From Lingula anatina (lineage: Eukaryota > Animalia > Brachiopoda), in assembly GCA_051362555.1 (NCBI GenBank), contig CM120649.1, positions 1,116,001-1,180,000 on the forward strand: a DNA stretch of 64,000 nt, in the 5' to 3' direction. Under the pieces are notes generated by a model. It did no database searches. It was not told the DNA's origin and was given only the letters and a program-made list of their open reading frames with translations. Shown piece after piece: positions 1 through 38,400 of the stretch. The stretch's first letter is position 1. Every line of letters starts with the position of its first letter. The translations under genes were made by a program, and so were the position numbers.

Positions 1-1822
1 CTTTAAAAAAAGTTCATCTTAAGGAGAAAAATTGATTGACCTCTGCCCAAAGACATCTGTATTCCATTGCAGGCACTGGGGGCCTGAAATAACAAATTTA
101 AGTAAAGATAAGAGGTGGACTTTCTCCTTTCCCTGGATGAGGTACTGCAACTTTCCCGCACCCAGCAGTGTTTTGTCAAAGACATTTGACATTGACTACG
201 AGAATTTAAACACATGTAAATTAAATATTTAATTAAATGTCTAATTATATATTTTGAGGTTTAAAAGTTTAGAAAACTGTTAATACCCAATAATTATTGA
301 CAGAATAGAAAAAAAATCATAAAACTAGTTTTTATAGCAAGAACTGTTGGGGTAGAAAAAAAAATCGCCAGGATAAAAAAGTATCAGAAAATTGGTAAAC
401 CCTAGTTTGTAATAATTGACAAGGTAAAAAAAAAGTACCATTAAATTATTCATAAATAGTAGTAAATTCATAGAAAAACTATTAAACTCAAGTAATAATT
501 TCCAGGATAAAAAGTTTATGTTATGAAAGTGTTGTACTGGTAATGATTATTGGAGGGTGGGGGTGGGGGGGGGAGAATCATAAAACAGTAATTTTCTATG
601 AGTACTTGTCACAGAAGAGGAAGCATGTAACAGATCTGCAGCCTGCTGAAGGCAGAAGCAAAGGACAGTAAATCTCTCAGTTTCAGAGATCTGACAGATA
701 ATATAATTGAGGAAGACCACTGGCTGTAGTCTGATATCTGAGAGATTTTGTTTCCACATTTTATTAAAGACATATCGGGTCAAGTTCCCTTCTAAGATTT
801 ATTAGAGGTCATTTAAGGAATGGCACCTAGGCATTTTGTTCTCTTGGATGGAACTGGGGTAAGATAAGACCAATATAGGACTGATAGGTCTGTAATTGTG
901 TGTGTGTGTGGGGGGGGGGGGGGGGGGGGGTGCACAGTATTAAGTGGGCTTGTATTCATGCTTCTTTATAAACCTAAAGCAGTGGATAAGAAAAAGGCAT
1001 TTTTTACCAACATAGTATTCAGAAAGTATGTACAAGTAATCTTGAGATTTAAGATGTTATTGAGTTATATTGCCTTAAGACAAGCTCTTTCTTTTCTTCT
1101 TCTGTGTCCTTCTCCTGGTTTGGAAGCACGCATACATGCATGCACAAACTAACACGGACACATACACACACATGCAGGCACACATACTCGGCTAGAAGTC
1201 TGAAATCAAGAACAGTTCACCTAGTGGGCAATGTGAATCATGGTTTTGCAGCTATTGTTATAATACAGATGCAAGCCAATCCCTGAGGCTAGTATCACCT
1301 ATCACTATAAATGTCACAGTTTAATAAAATGTGATCTATTTTAGGAGGTCCACTTTGTTATCTGGGGTTAAAGGAGAGCGAGCTGTTTAGATTTCAATTG
1401 ATTTTCTACTTTTATCTTTTATTGGGGGAATTGGATTTGGGGTGAGATTGAGTTTTATCTTTGAATCACTGAATGCTTGAAAATCTACTTTAAAATTTAT
1501 GGTATTTTTTTTCGCTGTTATGTACCTCTAACTTCCTTTTTTATTAACATTTTACTTTTTTGTCATCCCTCTCTTCTTCATCCGTCTTGTTCATGATTCA
1601 TGCATACAAGATGGATCCTCATCCCATCATATTACCTCTGTCCTCTCCCCATCAGATCATGACCATTCCCATACCAAACTTCAAATTATCCTCGGTGTCT
1701 CCCTTAAATCAACCAGGATCATCTCGGGAGGGCATTCCATAGTAAATACCGCAGACATCATGTTCTCATACACCACTGTGGAGCCTACTGTCACTGGAGG
1801 AGCACACAGAGAGAGAAACTCT

Positions 1823-1888
<66 letters not shown>

Positions 1889-2693
1889 ATATATATATAT
1901 ATATAATAAAATATAGTGGTGTAGGTTTTACCCAGTATATACGAGCTGGGAAAATTATTTGCGAGCTGAAAAAATTAGTGGCAAATTTCAAGATATGAGA
2001 GGGCACAAGGAAAAAAAATGTAAAATTTTGAAATAGGCAGTTTATTGTAATGTGTAGCTACAGGGCATATGGATAAAAAAATTATGTTTTTGGTTTAGTT
2101 TTACTTGATATGTCAGTAGTTTTGGAGAGGAAAGGGGTGACACCCAAAGCTCAGTGTGGGATGGGGCACTATACAGCCACTTTGCCACCTTGATTGGCTT
2201 TTGCAGGAATTTTTTGAAAAGGTAAGTGAAAGGGGCGGAGGGGGGGGGTCACTGATGAAAAGGCTGGCACATACTGGTCATATAATCCAAGGAAGCGGTA
2301 GTGGAGTTATGACCCCTTACCCTCGGTAAGATAGGACATTTAGGACAAGATGGCATTAGAGCCAGCTTCATGGTAGAGAGTTGTCTTTGAGGAATGAGCA
2401 ACTGAGGGAGGTAAATAGAACTTTGGCATCCTAACACCCTGAATTTCATAATCAAGGCACTGAAAACTGCCCACAGAACTGTTATGAAAAATGCTGTGAA
2501 TAGTAGATGCATTCTGACAGGAGAGAGGTTAGTGTTCATTGTCCACTGCATCTCAGGGCGACTCCTAGGGCCCTGTATTATGAAACCATCTATAGTTTGT
2601 TGTTGTAGCAGTGGCTTTGGTTTACATTACCCGAGTACTTGAAATGGAAATCTGGAGAGGAAAAAAGAAGTCTTACAGGGTACTCTTGAACAC

Positions 2694-2731
<38 letters not shown>

Positions 2732-4217
2732 ATTTATTACACTGGACTAAAGGTGGACAAATTAAGCCTAAGTTAACTCTGGGCACAAGGCACTAAAAAG
2801 CACAGAGTCGAAGAGAAAATGTTCATGCCAGTTTTTTCATACCATGGAGGATGCAGAAAACAAAAGGCATAGTGTATCTCAAATACACCCACACTGCACA
2901 TGAATGTGAACCACTCCACTCGAACTAGTAGATCTTTTCTCCGCGACATCCTCTTTGGATCAAGTCCAATATACCACAAGTCAGCGAGGTGTATCATGAC
3001 AGCCATTGTAGGTCCATTGAGCTAAAACCTTTTTATTTGGGACCTTGGGATATATCCTTCCTTCACCTAACCAACAATATCAGTAGAAAAAAAGGGTAAA
3101 GAGGAAGAAAAATATAGGCACTGATTTGCAGCAATATTCAAAGAGAAACTTGCAGAATAAAAAGCCTCTTATAAACACTTGAATCTCTGTTTGATGTCTG
3201 GGTTGGAAGGATGTGCAATTCTTTGCCGCCTTCACGGCTGCAGCTTCTGTGTTTGTACTGATGCTGACACCACTTACTGTTGCTCTCGAGACAAAAGGTA
3301 TATTAGAGGTTAATTACAGTAAGAGGAAGGGAGGCGGCATACATATTTCTGAGTTCTTTAGAAGATGAAAAAAAGGAATTTTTAAAAATTAATTTCCTTC
3401 AGAAGCACTTGAAGTTGCGGATGGGTTGTTAAAATGATGTGTAACAGTATTTACACATGCATAATGAAGATCAAACGTTAACCTTGAGCAAAATTGTAGT
3501 TTAAAAACTGATTTTCCAGTCTATAGTGATTCGTGTCAATTAGTTTACTGAAACAGCAATAGACCGTATGCTGGGTGGGTGGAAGTCCCAATGAAAATAC
3601 TTAAATCCAGGATGTTTTTATCTGTACTTGGCCACCAGGTTTGTAGGGATCAAAAGATTAAAAGAAAGTAATGCAACAAACTAATAAAGAAAAGTTTTAA
3701 ATGGAAACTTCAGAGTGAGGGGGGGGGGGGGGGGGGGGGAGAGAGAAGAGATAGAGAGAGTAGGAGAATGAGGGAAGGAGAGAGAAGGGTAGAAGGGAGG
3801 AGAAACAGGCGTGGAAGGAGAGAGAAAGAGAGAGAAAGAGAGAAAAGCACCTGCAGGTGCAACTGTATTCAAAAGGAAATTCTGTGAAGGAAGGGGGTAC
3901 CTACTGTTGCTACTCTGGCCTTTCTACAGTACTCTACGCAACCCACTAGAGTCACCATATTTCCCTTATTCTGGGTGGTATATGGTAACTGTCACCTGAG
4001 ACCTTGATGTGTTTACTTAGTAGCTGACTTACTGACCTGATTATCTTTCATCTAAACAGATTGTTTGCTTGTGCACTTGTAACTGAGTGGTAGGCTAAGG
4101 ATAATTACTCTGATATGATGTTTGGTAAAGATACAGTGTACTTTGAAATGGTGATTGAGGGTTATTGTTGGTGGTATAAGCAGCTTCTGTTCTGTTGTCA
4201 CATTATCCATGCATTTT

Positions 4218-4263
<46 letters not shown>

Positions 4264-5388
4264 TACTCAATACATACCTAAACAAGGTAAAATGGTAGGT
4301 TAAAAATTAATCTAGTAGGACTTAAAAAGTGAAATGAATAAAATATATATGAAAATAGTACTTTAAAAATATGGATTGTTCTCATATTGTTTGGAGAGAA
4401 GGATTTTGACCTTTAATGATAATTTGAACTTCAAAGACCTTCCCATGCAATGAGAGTGCAGTGGAAGAAAACAAAAGAGACTGTTTATTGTTATTTAGGC
4501 TATGTGTAGGCTGAGGGACATCCTGTAAGTCTTGGGACTTATGATGTAATCAACAAAGAATTTAGACTGGGTTCCCATAAACCTATCATACTAGCAGGAT
4601 CGATCTAACTCTGAGGGGATTCTCACTAAATTGCATTCAGTTTAAGTGACTTTAATGTCTGTCACGCCCACTGAAGCTGCAAGGGGGGTATTTAACTTTC
4701 CCGCCCCCCCCCCCCCTCCCACCTTACTTTGCCACTCTGTAGCCTTACACTGGTTCAGGGCAAATGACATCATCTGGAAATCAATTACTAGTAGTTTTAA
4801 GTCGGTAACCAGATATCTCTCTCCTTATCTGTTTCTGTCTGTTCATATCTTCATCTGTCTATGTTTACTGAATTTTTTCTCATTATATAATGCATTTCAG
4901 CCTAGTTTGTCTTACAGAGGTGTATATTGGGCTCCCACTTGAAATAGACTGCTAAATTCACCACTGATTCATTTAGATGTTTGGTCTGGCCATTAAGTGT
5001 GAGGATCTTTGCTAGTCATAACCTTTCAAAGAAAGTTTGATCTAATTGTCTGTTGAGCTCAAATGCATTCGAATTATTTAAATTTCTTGAAAAAGTGAAT
5101 ATTTTTTTATTCCTAAGATAATTTCCTAAAGCTGCCAATGTTATATCTAGAACCCTTGCCCAATTATTGATGTTCATTTTAGACCAACATTTTAGTCCTC
5201 ATTTTTACCCAAGATAAATCAGTAACAGTCCAAATTGAATTCAAACATTGTACTGATTTTATAACAACAAATACATATGCTTTTGATTTAGACCATCACT
5301 ATTTTCATTTTTAAGTGGAATACTTTGGATTAAATTTATCTTAGACTGAGGCAGACTAAAATTTTGGGTTAAAAAATTAGACCAACTT

Positions 5389-5563
5389 CAGGCCCAAAGC
5401 CAGCAATTCCAAAAGAGGGTGGGTTTCTTTTTCTGAAAATGTGGAACTTTTACAATGGAGCCTTCTTGCACCTAGATAATATTTCATCCAGAGGGGACCT
5501 TTTCCTAGCAAAAAGAGGGGGGGGGGGAGGTTAACCCCCAGAATCTCCTTGTCTACAGGCCTG
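5389..5563. mobile_element. Non-autonomous TIR element (CAGGCC ends, 5-bp TSD AACTT)
   Basis: aactt|caggcccaaagcc...gtctacaggcctg|aactt; similar to 6217 and 8809. Confidence 0.75.
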
Positions 5564-6216
5564 AACTTATGGGCTAATAATTTAGACCAACTTTTACTAG
5601 TAGGCTTACATGTAGTTGTCATTTGTGAAGCATGCAGTCTCCTGGATAAAAGGAATGTTTGAGTCTCAATTATTGGCTACTGCAGGTTATGGTCCAGTAG
5701 CTGCAACTGATACTATTCTGACTGTTTTATTGCAGGACGTTATGCCCCAAAACCTAATATCACTTCCATATTGCCTGCCATAAATTCCCAGTGCTTCCAG
5801 GGAATGGGATGTTGAAAGTGCCAATAATTCTTGCCTAATTTCTTGCAGGGATATGTTAGGGTATCTTTTAAGGAAGTTAACAGTACTATTCTAATTAAAA
5901 TGCCTGCTATAAATTCCCAACATTGCTTGTAATTATGAGTAGAAAGGCGTGTTCACATTGAAGTTGGGTTTGGCCTTCTTGGTTTGCCTCTTCTCTGTGG
6001 CACATTTGTTGAAACCTGATTTTCTACTTAGTACTGGGAACCTTAAATGTTAAAGGAGGAACAAATATATATAGACATCAGCTACAAACAGCAAAGATGC
6101 ATGGAAAGGATGTTTCTTGAGAAAAAACCCAGGCAAACAAACACACCCCTTCCCTAAAGAGAGGGAAAGAGCAGGAAAAATCCAAGGAAGGAAATGGCAA
6201 CCTGATAATTTTGCTG

Positions 6217-6376
6217 CAGGCCGGTAGCCAGGGGGTGTTCGAAAGAACCACCCTTTTTGCTGGAAAAAGGTCCACTCTGGGTGAAATTTGATCTATGTAC
6301 TTGAGGATTTTATGGTAAAAGGTCCACTTTTTCAGAAAACGAACCCCCCCCTCTGAGATTGCTGGCTACGGGCCTG
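6217..6376. mobile_element. Non-autonomous TIR element (CAGGCC ends, 5-bp TSD TGCTG)
   Basis: tgctg|caggccggtagcca...tggctacgggcctg|tgctg; near-identical inverted copy at 8809-8973. Confidence 0.85.
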
Positions 6377-8411
6377 TGCTGTATATATATATATATATGT
6401 TTGCATAAAGTGTTGTAGGTGTATAAATTCCTTAAAAAACATACAACTTTTTTGAACTAAAAGACGATAACCATTACCCATTTTCTCCTGGAGGTGGCCG
6501 ATTGCTTGAACTTGTAAACTAAAAGACTTGTTTGTTTTGGGAGAGCTGTTGTAAAAGTTGGATCTTTACACTAACCTTTCCAATCATTACATTAATTGGC
6601 ATCTATTCTCATGGATTTAAAGGTTAGGGTGTCTATTAAGCACAGTGTTTATTTTAGATGTGCCACATTTACAGTTTGTCTTGGACACAGATTCTGTCTT
6701 TAAGATGTAACATTTATAAGTCGTGTTTACATTGAAGATAGGTTGACTTTTCTCTTTTCTGAGCCCATTTTACTAAAAGTGTAAAGTCAGTTTTGAGACT
6801 AAAATCACAGCCTACTGTTATAAACTTAGCCGACTAAAATGCTTTTCTTAAAAATATGAAAAGCGTACAAAGAATTAACCAGTTAAGTTGCATTTCACAA
6901 ATAATATCTGAAAGGGTTTTTTTATTATTTTTTCTGTCCTTTAACTAAGTCCCATGAGCAAATTGTGATTGTATTGAAAAAGGTTCTTTGTGGTAACATT
7001 TGCCCTTTTATGTATGTCAGATTCACCTATTTTGGGCCAGTCATTCTTAAAATCTCTCAGCTCAGTATTGCCAAGCTGACGTTGCATTGTTGGTTAATAA
7101 TATCCAATATTTGGAATTGAGGAAAATGTGTGTAATTAATAGACTAGTCTCTTTGAGATAATGTGCATGGTATTTTGACAACAAGCCAAGTGATAATTAA
7201 AAAAACTCTTCTATGGAAGCACATGATGACATACATAAAAAGAGATCAAACAAAATGAAGCCACCACTAAAACTTCTAAACCATTGTCTTGCCAGTCAGT
7301 GCTAGTCATAAAAAAAGAACTGAAACAGACATTAAAACACATAATGCAACCTTACAATACTTTTTCATATCCAAGAGGTCGAGTGAGGTGGAGATACAAG
7401 ATAGGGGTTTCTTCCTCCGTTAGAAATCAGAAGTTTTCATCTGGGATTTATTGATTTTTCTCCTCATGTACTTGTATGTAGTCTGTTATTGGGTTATGCA
7501 TCTTAGGACGCATTCACAAATTGACCCGTGGATTAGCAGAACCACAGATCAAATATGGCCGACCCACTTGAAAGCTTACCGCTCTATCCCCACGGGGAAT
7601 CCATTCAATGTCTGTTAGGGGAATGTGCGACATTAAGTTTCAAGTGGGTCAGCCATATTTGATCCACAGATCTGTTTGTCCTGGGATCAGCTTGTTCTGA
7701 ATGTGTTCATAGTGTTCTGCTATGCTGGTAATGGTGATAAGAATGGTCCCCAGAATGGGCATGTATGGAAACATTTTCATGTAACTTACAGTGTACAGGG
7801 TAATTATATGGAGATGAAACATTTCATGTGTTTCTTTTATGAAATATGGCATCAAATGGCCAGATATCTAATTAGTGTACAAGAGATTTGAACTGGTAGA
7901 GAAAGAGAGAGAGGGTAAGAGAAAAGAAAGTAACAGAAGCAAAAATGGATAAATAAAACAATATGCAGTGGGAGAAGGGGCACAAGACAGACACCAGTAG
8001 GTAATCAGACGGTCACATGCATGTCATAGGCCTAAATGCACCATCCCCTATAAAGATATGGGATAAGTATTTGGTTATTTAGCATAAATCCCATATTAAG
8101 AACCTTATTGGTGTTGTATTGACTAGAGGATCCTATCAGCTAGCACAGCCAGTGTTTGCTAATCTGTTCCTGGTGCAGCTAATTATAATTTGTTCCAGAT
8201 CCGCTATGGTTGATTATTTCCTGGAGAGACGTCCTGAGAGGCTATATTGTGACTCCATTTGTAGTCTGTGCCTTGCTTTTGTCTTAATTTGGATTCATCA
8301 GTAATAGTGGTTCCATTTTGTGCATGGAGAGAGAGATATTTTAGTTTACATTGTGTGTGTGTGTGTGTATGTGTGTGTGTGTGAGAGAGAGAGATTTTAG
8401 CTTACATTGTA

Positions 8412-8464
<53 letters not shown>

Positions 8465-8473
8465 AGCTAACAT

Positions 8474-8527
<54 letters not shown>

Positions 8528-8808
8528 TGAAGATGGAGGGAGGGAGGTTTTAGCTTATGTTATGCAAGAGAGAGACATTGGGAGGGCTGCTCTGTATAGT
8601 GTCAGCTAGGAGTAGGAGTGCGCTTGTGGTCATTAGGGCTGGCCAGTTTGCCTCTTACAGCTGGACCTACCTTCTAGGCACTGGACTAAAACTACTATCC
8701 CTCCTTATCAGGTTACACACTTGGAATATTTGTGGTATGAACTGAGGATGCCAATAGAACTTATCACTGCTGGTTTTTGCCTCACATTCTCCACACTGGT
8801 ATATGATT

Positions 8809-8973
8809 CAGGCCCGTAGCCAGCAATTTCAAAGGGGGGTTCTTTTTCTGAAAAAGTGGACCTTTTACCATATAATCCCCATGTACCTAGGTCAAATTTT
8901 ATTCAGAGTGGACCTTTTTCCAGCAAAAAGGGGGGTTCTTTCGAACTCCCCGCCCCCCCTGGCTACGGGCCTA
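8809..8973. mobile_element. Non-autonomous TIR element, inverted copy of 6217-6376
   Basis: caggcccgtagcca...tggctacgggcct, flanked by (ta)tgatt direct repeats. Confidence 0.85.
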
Positions 8974-9191
8974 TATGATTCAATGCATATTTTTAATGGT
9001 CTCATCTTTCTTTCTTATCTGGAGTTTGAATAGATCAATATATAATTTGTTGTCAAAGAAGTTTACACTAAGTGACAGTTTTATTGTAGAAGACAGATTA
9101 GCCAATTTACAGCTGGAAGCTTAGTTTTAAGATGGTATACAGAATATGTACAGATGCAAATGTTTGAGAACCAAGAAGTAGGTGAATTTTA

Positions 9192-9415
9192 GACTCCATT
9201 CCCATAGATTTTAGATCGATCTATCCCTGTGGAGAGTCTCACTAGATTACTGATTAGATTACTAGCTTAAGAGTCTGTCCCGCCTTCTAAAAGCTGTAAG
9301 GGGGTAATTAACTATGGTGCGCGCTCGGCTGACTGCAATTTAGCGTGAACCCCCATGAGTTAGGTTAATCTAAATCTAAATCTCAGGATCGATCTAAATC
9401 TATGGGAATGCACCC
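9192..9415. mobile_element. MITE family A (~220 bp, TIR CATTCCCA.AGA...GATCGATC, TWA-like flanks; PIF/Harbinger-like)
   Basis: Terminal inverted repeats. Other copies at 14448, 19835, 20980, 22833 and 23980; diverged copies at about 4568, 13323 and 50575. Confidence 0.85.
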
Positions 9416-11537
9416 TAATAGTTAAGACCAGCTTTCTGGAGCTTGTGTCAAGCACTTGCCCTGGAAGTCATCTAAGCCCTGGCTACTGTTGACAGTTGTA
9501 ACTATTGATTTAATCAATTAGAACTGGTTCAAGGAGATTATCCACTCATCCCCTTTTATCCTCTATCTGGATTAGCATGGGGTAATTATAATTGGTTCAT
9601 TGAGTGGATTCACTCTGTGCTGAGATAGATTATGTCTGATTCAATCTAGAGGCAACCTACAGTAGTTACAGCTCCTGTTACTAAATCTTATATATCAAGC
9701 CAAATGGTGATGAGGGCTTTTGCCATCAAATAATAGAAGAGAAGCTTTGCTTGATTTTTGGCATTTTATAATTGATATTTATTAAACAGGTATTGAAACC
9801 AAGAGACAGGTATTGTAATCAAGTGTCTTCCAAGCAGCATTGAACTGACTGTAATTGTAATTCCCTAGTTTTTGATGGAATCATACTGTGCAGATACCAG
9901 GCTAATTGCTGTTCTAGGACTTGTGATGTCATATTGATAGATTTACTTGTGGTTTATCAGAGCTGGAGTGAAAGAAGTGATGAGCTTTTTCTTGCCATCT
10001 GTAAAATCACCAGACAGAATAAACTATCATCGAGTGTTATCCATTAGATAAAAAAGTGGGTGAAAATTGCTTATCTCGTACATGAATCAAAACAGATAAA
10101 CCATGTAGGACAGATCCCAAACAGATTGTGTGAGAATATTGTGAAAGAATTCAATACAACTCCAGAAATCTCTAGGTGGAAAGATGTGTGTTGAACCATA
10201 AAATCAGTGAATGAACGGTATGATGCGATAAAATAATTAAGTTTGATATGAAGTCTTGCCTGATTTAATACATCTTATTATATAATTCCTGTATGTCATG
10301 TCTGAAAAATAGCTTCCAAAAACAACTGGCAGATGCTGTTCTCATCTGACTGTTGAGTGGAACAAGTACCATTTCACAGATTAATAATTTTACCAACGAA
10401 GATAAACAATTCTTCAGAAAACAATATATCACAGATCGCGCCGTCCACTAATTAGATACTTCTCAATTATGTAACTTTCCTGCTTGGGAGAGTTCCTCAA
10501 TAAATTTCTACATGATTCTGAAACAGGGTTTTCTAAGTAGGAATGTAGATATCAGCTATAGGTGAATCTATAAGTCTTTCATTCACCAGAAGGAAGCTAT
10601 ACATAATGGTTATTACTCTGTGTTAACAAGGAATGGGTTATTCCGCAGATTGACTTCCCTGTTTTCTTGATATTTTTGTTCTGACAGGTATACTGCCTTG
10701 CATGTCATTAGTCGGGGGGAAACCCATATTTAAAGGGATATTTTACTCCTAACTTCTCACATTACTGGATGAGGTGATGTGAGTGTTGAAAACTTTTTTG
10801 TTATACTTTGTTCTGTAATTTTCTCATTTTATATGGCTATGATTTTATCAACTGTTTTGCTGACAATTCTTTTTTATTTGCTAGTGAACAAGCTCTAAAA
10901 AAATTAAAAGGTACACATTTGTGAAAGTTAAGCAAACATTTATTGCAATGGCATTTATTACATCCTGAATGTAAAGAATATTCATCATCAGTGTGGTTTT
11001 GTGGAGGAATCTGTGTGAGGTGAATCTTTGCCGACTAATTCTTCACTTCCCTTTTATTTCTTAACCTCACTTGGTCTTTGTCGTTCCACTTGAGAAAAAG
11101 TGAAAAGAGAAGCCACAAGGAAAAGTGATTGTATATGTCTTGAAGCTGTTCTTTTGTCATAAAAAACTGAAAAGTTTATTGTGAAGATTATGTTGATTAA
11201 GTGTGATAGTCACATACCACTTGATCATGGTCTGGTAAGTTTTGTGAATGATATTTCTGTGGAGTTGCATATATCATAGATTAGTTGTAGAAACGTACAC
11301 TTTTTTGTTGAGAAAGATAACCACCAGGCAAGACTTCAGGGCAGTGCTCTTTTCATTGTGTATGACAATTTCTTTTATGCTTTCAGATTTCTTTAAGCAC
11401 CAGAGATAGATAAAGGATCAAGTTTTTTTTTCACCTGGTGCGACGAGGAAAAGGTAACGTCTTGTTGATTAGTGAATAGATTTATTTCCTATATGTGCAG
11501 TGGTGACTGAAGTCCTTCCTGAAAAGAAAATCATTTC

Positions 11538-35482
<23,945 letters not shown>

Positions 35483-38400
35483 ATAATGTGACTGACAATG
35501 AAGGGTCCTTGATGCCATGTACATAAACCATAAAAGCTCAACTTGAAAGAACAGAATTCAGAAAAATTTAACAGACTGTTAAGTTCAGAAAAAACTTCAT
35601 TATTTGGAAGTTTGAATATTTTTAGCCAGTATCGTGCATATTCTGCTGAAGAGGTTTTTTTTTTTCTTCAAAGCGATACAGATTCAGAACCAGTGTCCGA
35701 TGTGATTGATGACATGTTACTTTTTTTTCATATATGATGAAAAAGGGAGACTACTTAGACTATTGAGAGGTGGTTGTTTGTGTTTTAGTGAAAAGGAAAA
35801 ATAGCAATGTATGAATTATTTTAATGGAAGCTAACTCTCATATTTTTTCATAAACATGGTACTGTGGTTCTATGGTAAAGGTAACATTGGCTTGACATAA
35901 ACTATCAGTATGTTTTTCACTTTAAATTTAAGTATTATTGTCCATTGTCTAAAAAATTTCAGATACCGATATAAACCTCAAGTGTTATTTTGGTAAACAT
36001 TAACAAAAAACCAATGCAAGATTTATGGTGCATTTCATTAGGTTCAAACCAAATTTGTTGAAAAGGATGAAATATATTGATATTGTATTATATAATACAT
36101 AGTAATATATAATATATTATATTAACAAATTATTCCAGCTGAAGGATATTTCATAAAAATGTTAAATAAAACAGTATAGTTATTCTCATTGTACAAGTTA
36201 TTAAGGAGGATTATTGCAATACCAGTAGAGTTAGTTATCCACCCTTGTGTGGATGTTATTAACTAAGACATCTTATTCCATGGATTAGAACACCATGGGA
36301 CTCCCAGAGAAATTGGCCATTGATTCACCTTGACCTGATTTTCAAGGTGAAAAAGGTTAACCCAAGGAAAAATGTTTGGTTGCCTATTTTTTGAAACCTG
36401 GAAACTTTCAATATTTGATCACCATTAAGTGTAAAAAGGGAGATGTATCCTTTTTTATTATCACTTTTTGTTTATCTGTTTACTTTCATATGAGTGTTGC
36501 CATGGAAACTTATCTTTTCATTTTTCACCACTCTAAATGATACCAAGGGGTGTTTATCATTTGATGGGTGAAGTTAATGGAGCCAGTTGCACAGAAGTCA
36601 CTGTTTTTTGGGCTAAAAATTTAATCTTCTTGGACCTACCCTACTGCGTTCCATTTCTCAAAGATTCTCAAAGGCCTCATACTGTTACACTATCAGGGGG
36701 AATATTTTGGTCTTTTAAATACCTGTAAGTCCCTTGAGCGAATTTTTTCACAAAGCTGATAACCCTCTTATATGGCTTTGCCAGTCCACTTTGCATGACC
36801 ATGCACCATGTGTGTGGTATAAGTAACTTTGAGGAAGAACTTTTTAATTAGGAACCAGATATATTTCTGATTTCATTTTAAGGACCATACAAATCTGTAA
36901 TAGCTAAAAATTATGTTCATTTGGGGGTATTCAGATAGCATTCGACTGGACTTAAAGGTCACCTCTTTTACATATGGTACTACATCAGAATGATAATTAC
37001 CAGTAACAGTTGTTTTATTTTTGATACTGAAATATATATATCTCTCTCTTATTAAATTTTCTACCTCCCATTCTCTCTATCTCTTTCTCTGTTTCTCTCT
37101 TTCTTTCAACTCTTCTCTTTTTCTTCAGTTTCTCAAACTTGCACTTGTTCACAAAATAAGTTATATTTGTTTTTGTGCCTGTCAATCACTTCTTGTTTTA
37201 CAATGTGCTACCAGTTTTTTATCTGTTTTGTATTGCCAATTGTTGTATGTGTTGAGGTAGAGAAAATATGCTGAAAAGTTTCACACAGTACATTTTATAT
37301 ATATGCAGGTAGCAAACTTCAATGTGCTAGCTATAGACAGTCTCTTGGTAGGCTTCACCTAATTACTGTTGAAAGTAGAATCCATTTTGTTGTTGTCAAA
37401 TATTTGTGGTAAATGAACATTTTGTAGCTAATTAGTTTAATAAAACAAGGACCAGTAAATTAAAACTCAATTCCAAGTACATTTCTACCTTAAACTGAAA
37501 GATAAGTGTAGTATTGACACCATTGCCCATATTACATATTTAATTATTGTAGAACAAATATTTATGGTGATTTTGTATGCCTTACTACTTGTATAAATCA
37601 GTTTTCAGAAATTGAAATCCTTCTATAACTTGTCAAAGAAACGTAGAAGGAAAAAAGGGGGTATTTTGGGTTATGTGGAAATTAAGGGAATTATTCTTCA
37701 CATTGTACAGTAATTATGCTAGGGTAAATTGATTGTATTGTTTCCATGTGAAGATGTTTACACTTGGCGGTTCACAGATGACCAAATAATGAAGAGTTTG
37801 GTTAGTTAATGGTTGCTGTACGTTTTAGCATGTTTTATTGCCAGGTATATTTCAGTCATAATCTTGTATCTGTCTTCTATACGTCAGCCTCAGATTCAGA
37901 GATCCATGGAAACCCACCTCTGGACTAAAACTACACTAGATAAAAAAAAAAGTTCTGAAACATGAAATTGATTTTCAATCATCTGTATAATGCAGTCAGA
38001 AAATCTTCAGTGTATGATAATAAGTAATGGATGAAGGTTGCATAATCCATCAATAGTTGGTTAACATGTTTACCTTAGCTCATATGGTTATTTTGTGATT
38101 ATTAAAATAATGTTTTTGAACTTTTTTGTAGATACTGGAACCCCATCAGTCATTCTGGGGATAGAGGGTCACAGGAGTCTCTGAAACTGAAGGTGATATT
38201 ATGGGACTTTATAAATAAACGAGCTTCAAAAATATTTCATATGCTGAATTTATTTATTTATTTACTTTCAGTTTAAGGAATTCATGTCCTTATGAAGATA
38301 ATCAAGCATTGTTCATCATGCCAAGTAGAAAACAACATGGATCATTCATTCCTACATTCAATTTTTCCTGTTTACGTGATTAGAACTTGCGTGATAATTT

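Noticed and set aside
73-1824. Possible + strand exons at 73-141 (HWGPEITNLSKDKRWTFSFPWM) and ~1611/1755-1824
   Set aside because: Splice signals are plausible, but the phases do not join into a recognisable protein and no motif supports them. They could be alternative upstream exons and need cDNA evidence.
2695-2731. Long poly-C/poly-G runs (also ~909, ~3719, ~59144) as G-quadruplex elements
   Set aside because: Homopolymers are common here, partly inside MITEs, and their lengths are unreliable in assemblies; no specific evidence of function.
11387-11500. Small 5' UTR exon (11387-11453) and 47-nt intron before SDR exon 1
   Set aside because: Splice signals are present, but the intron is very short and cannot be verified without transcripts.
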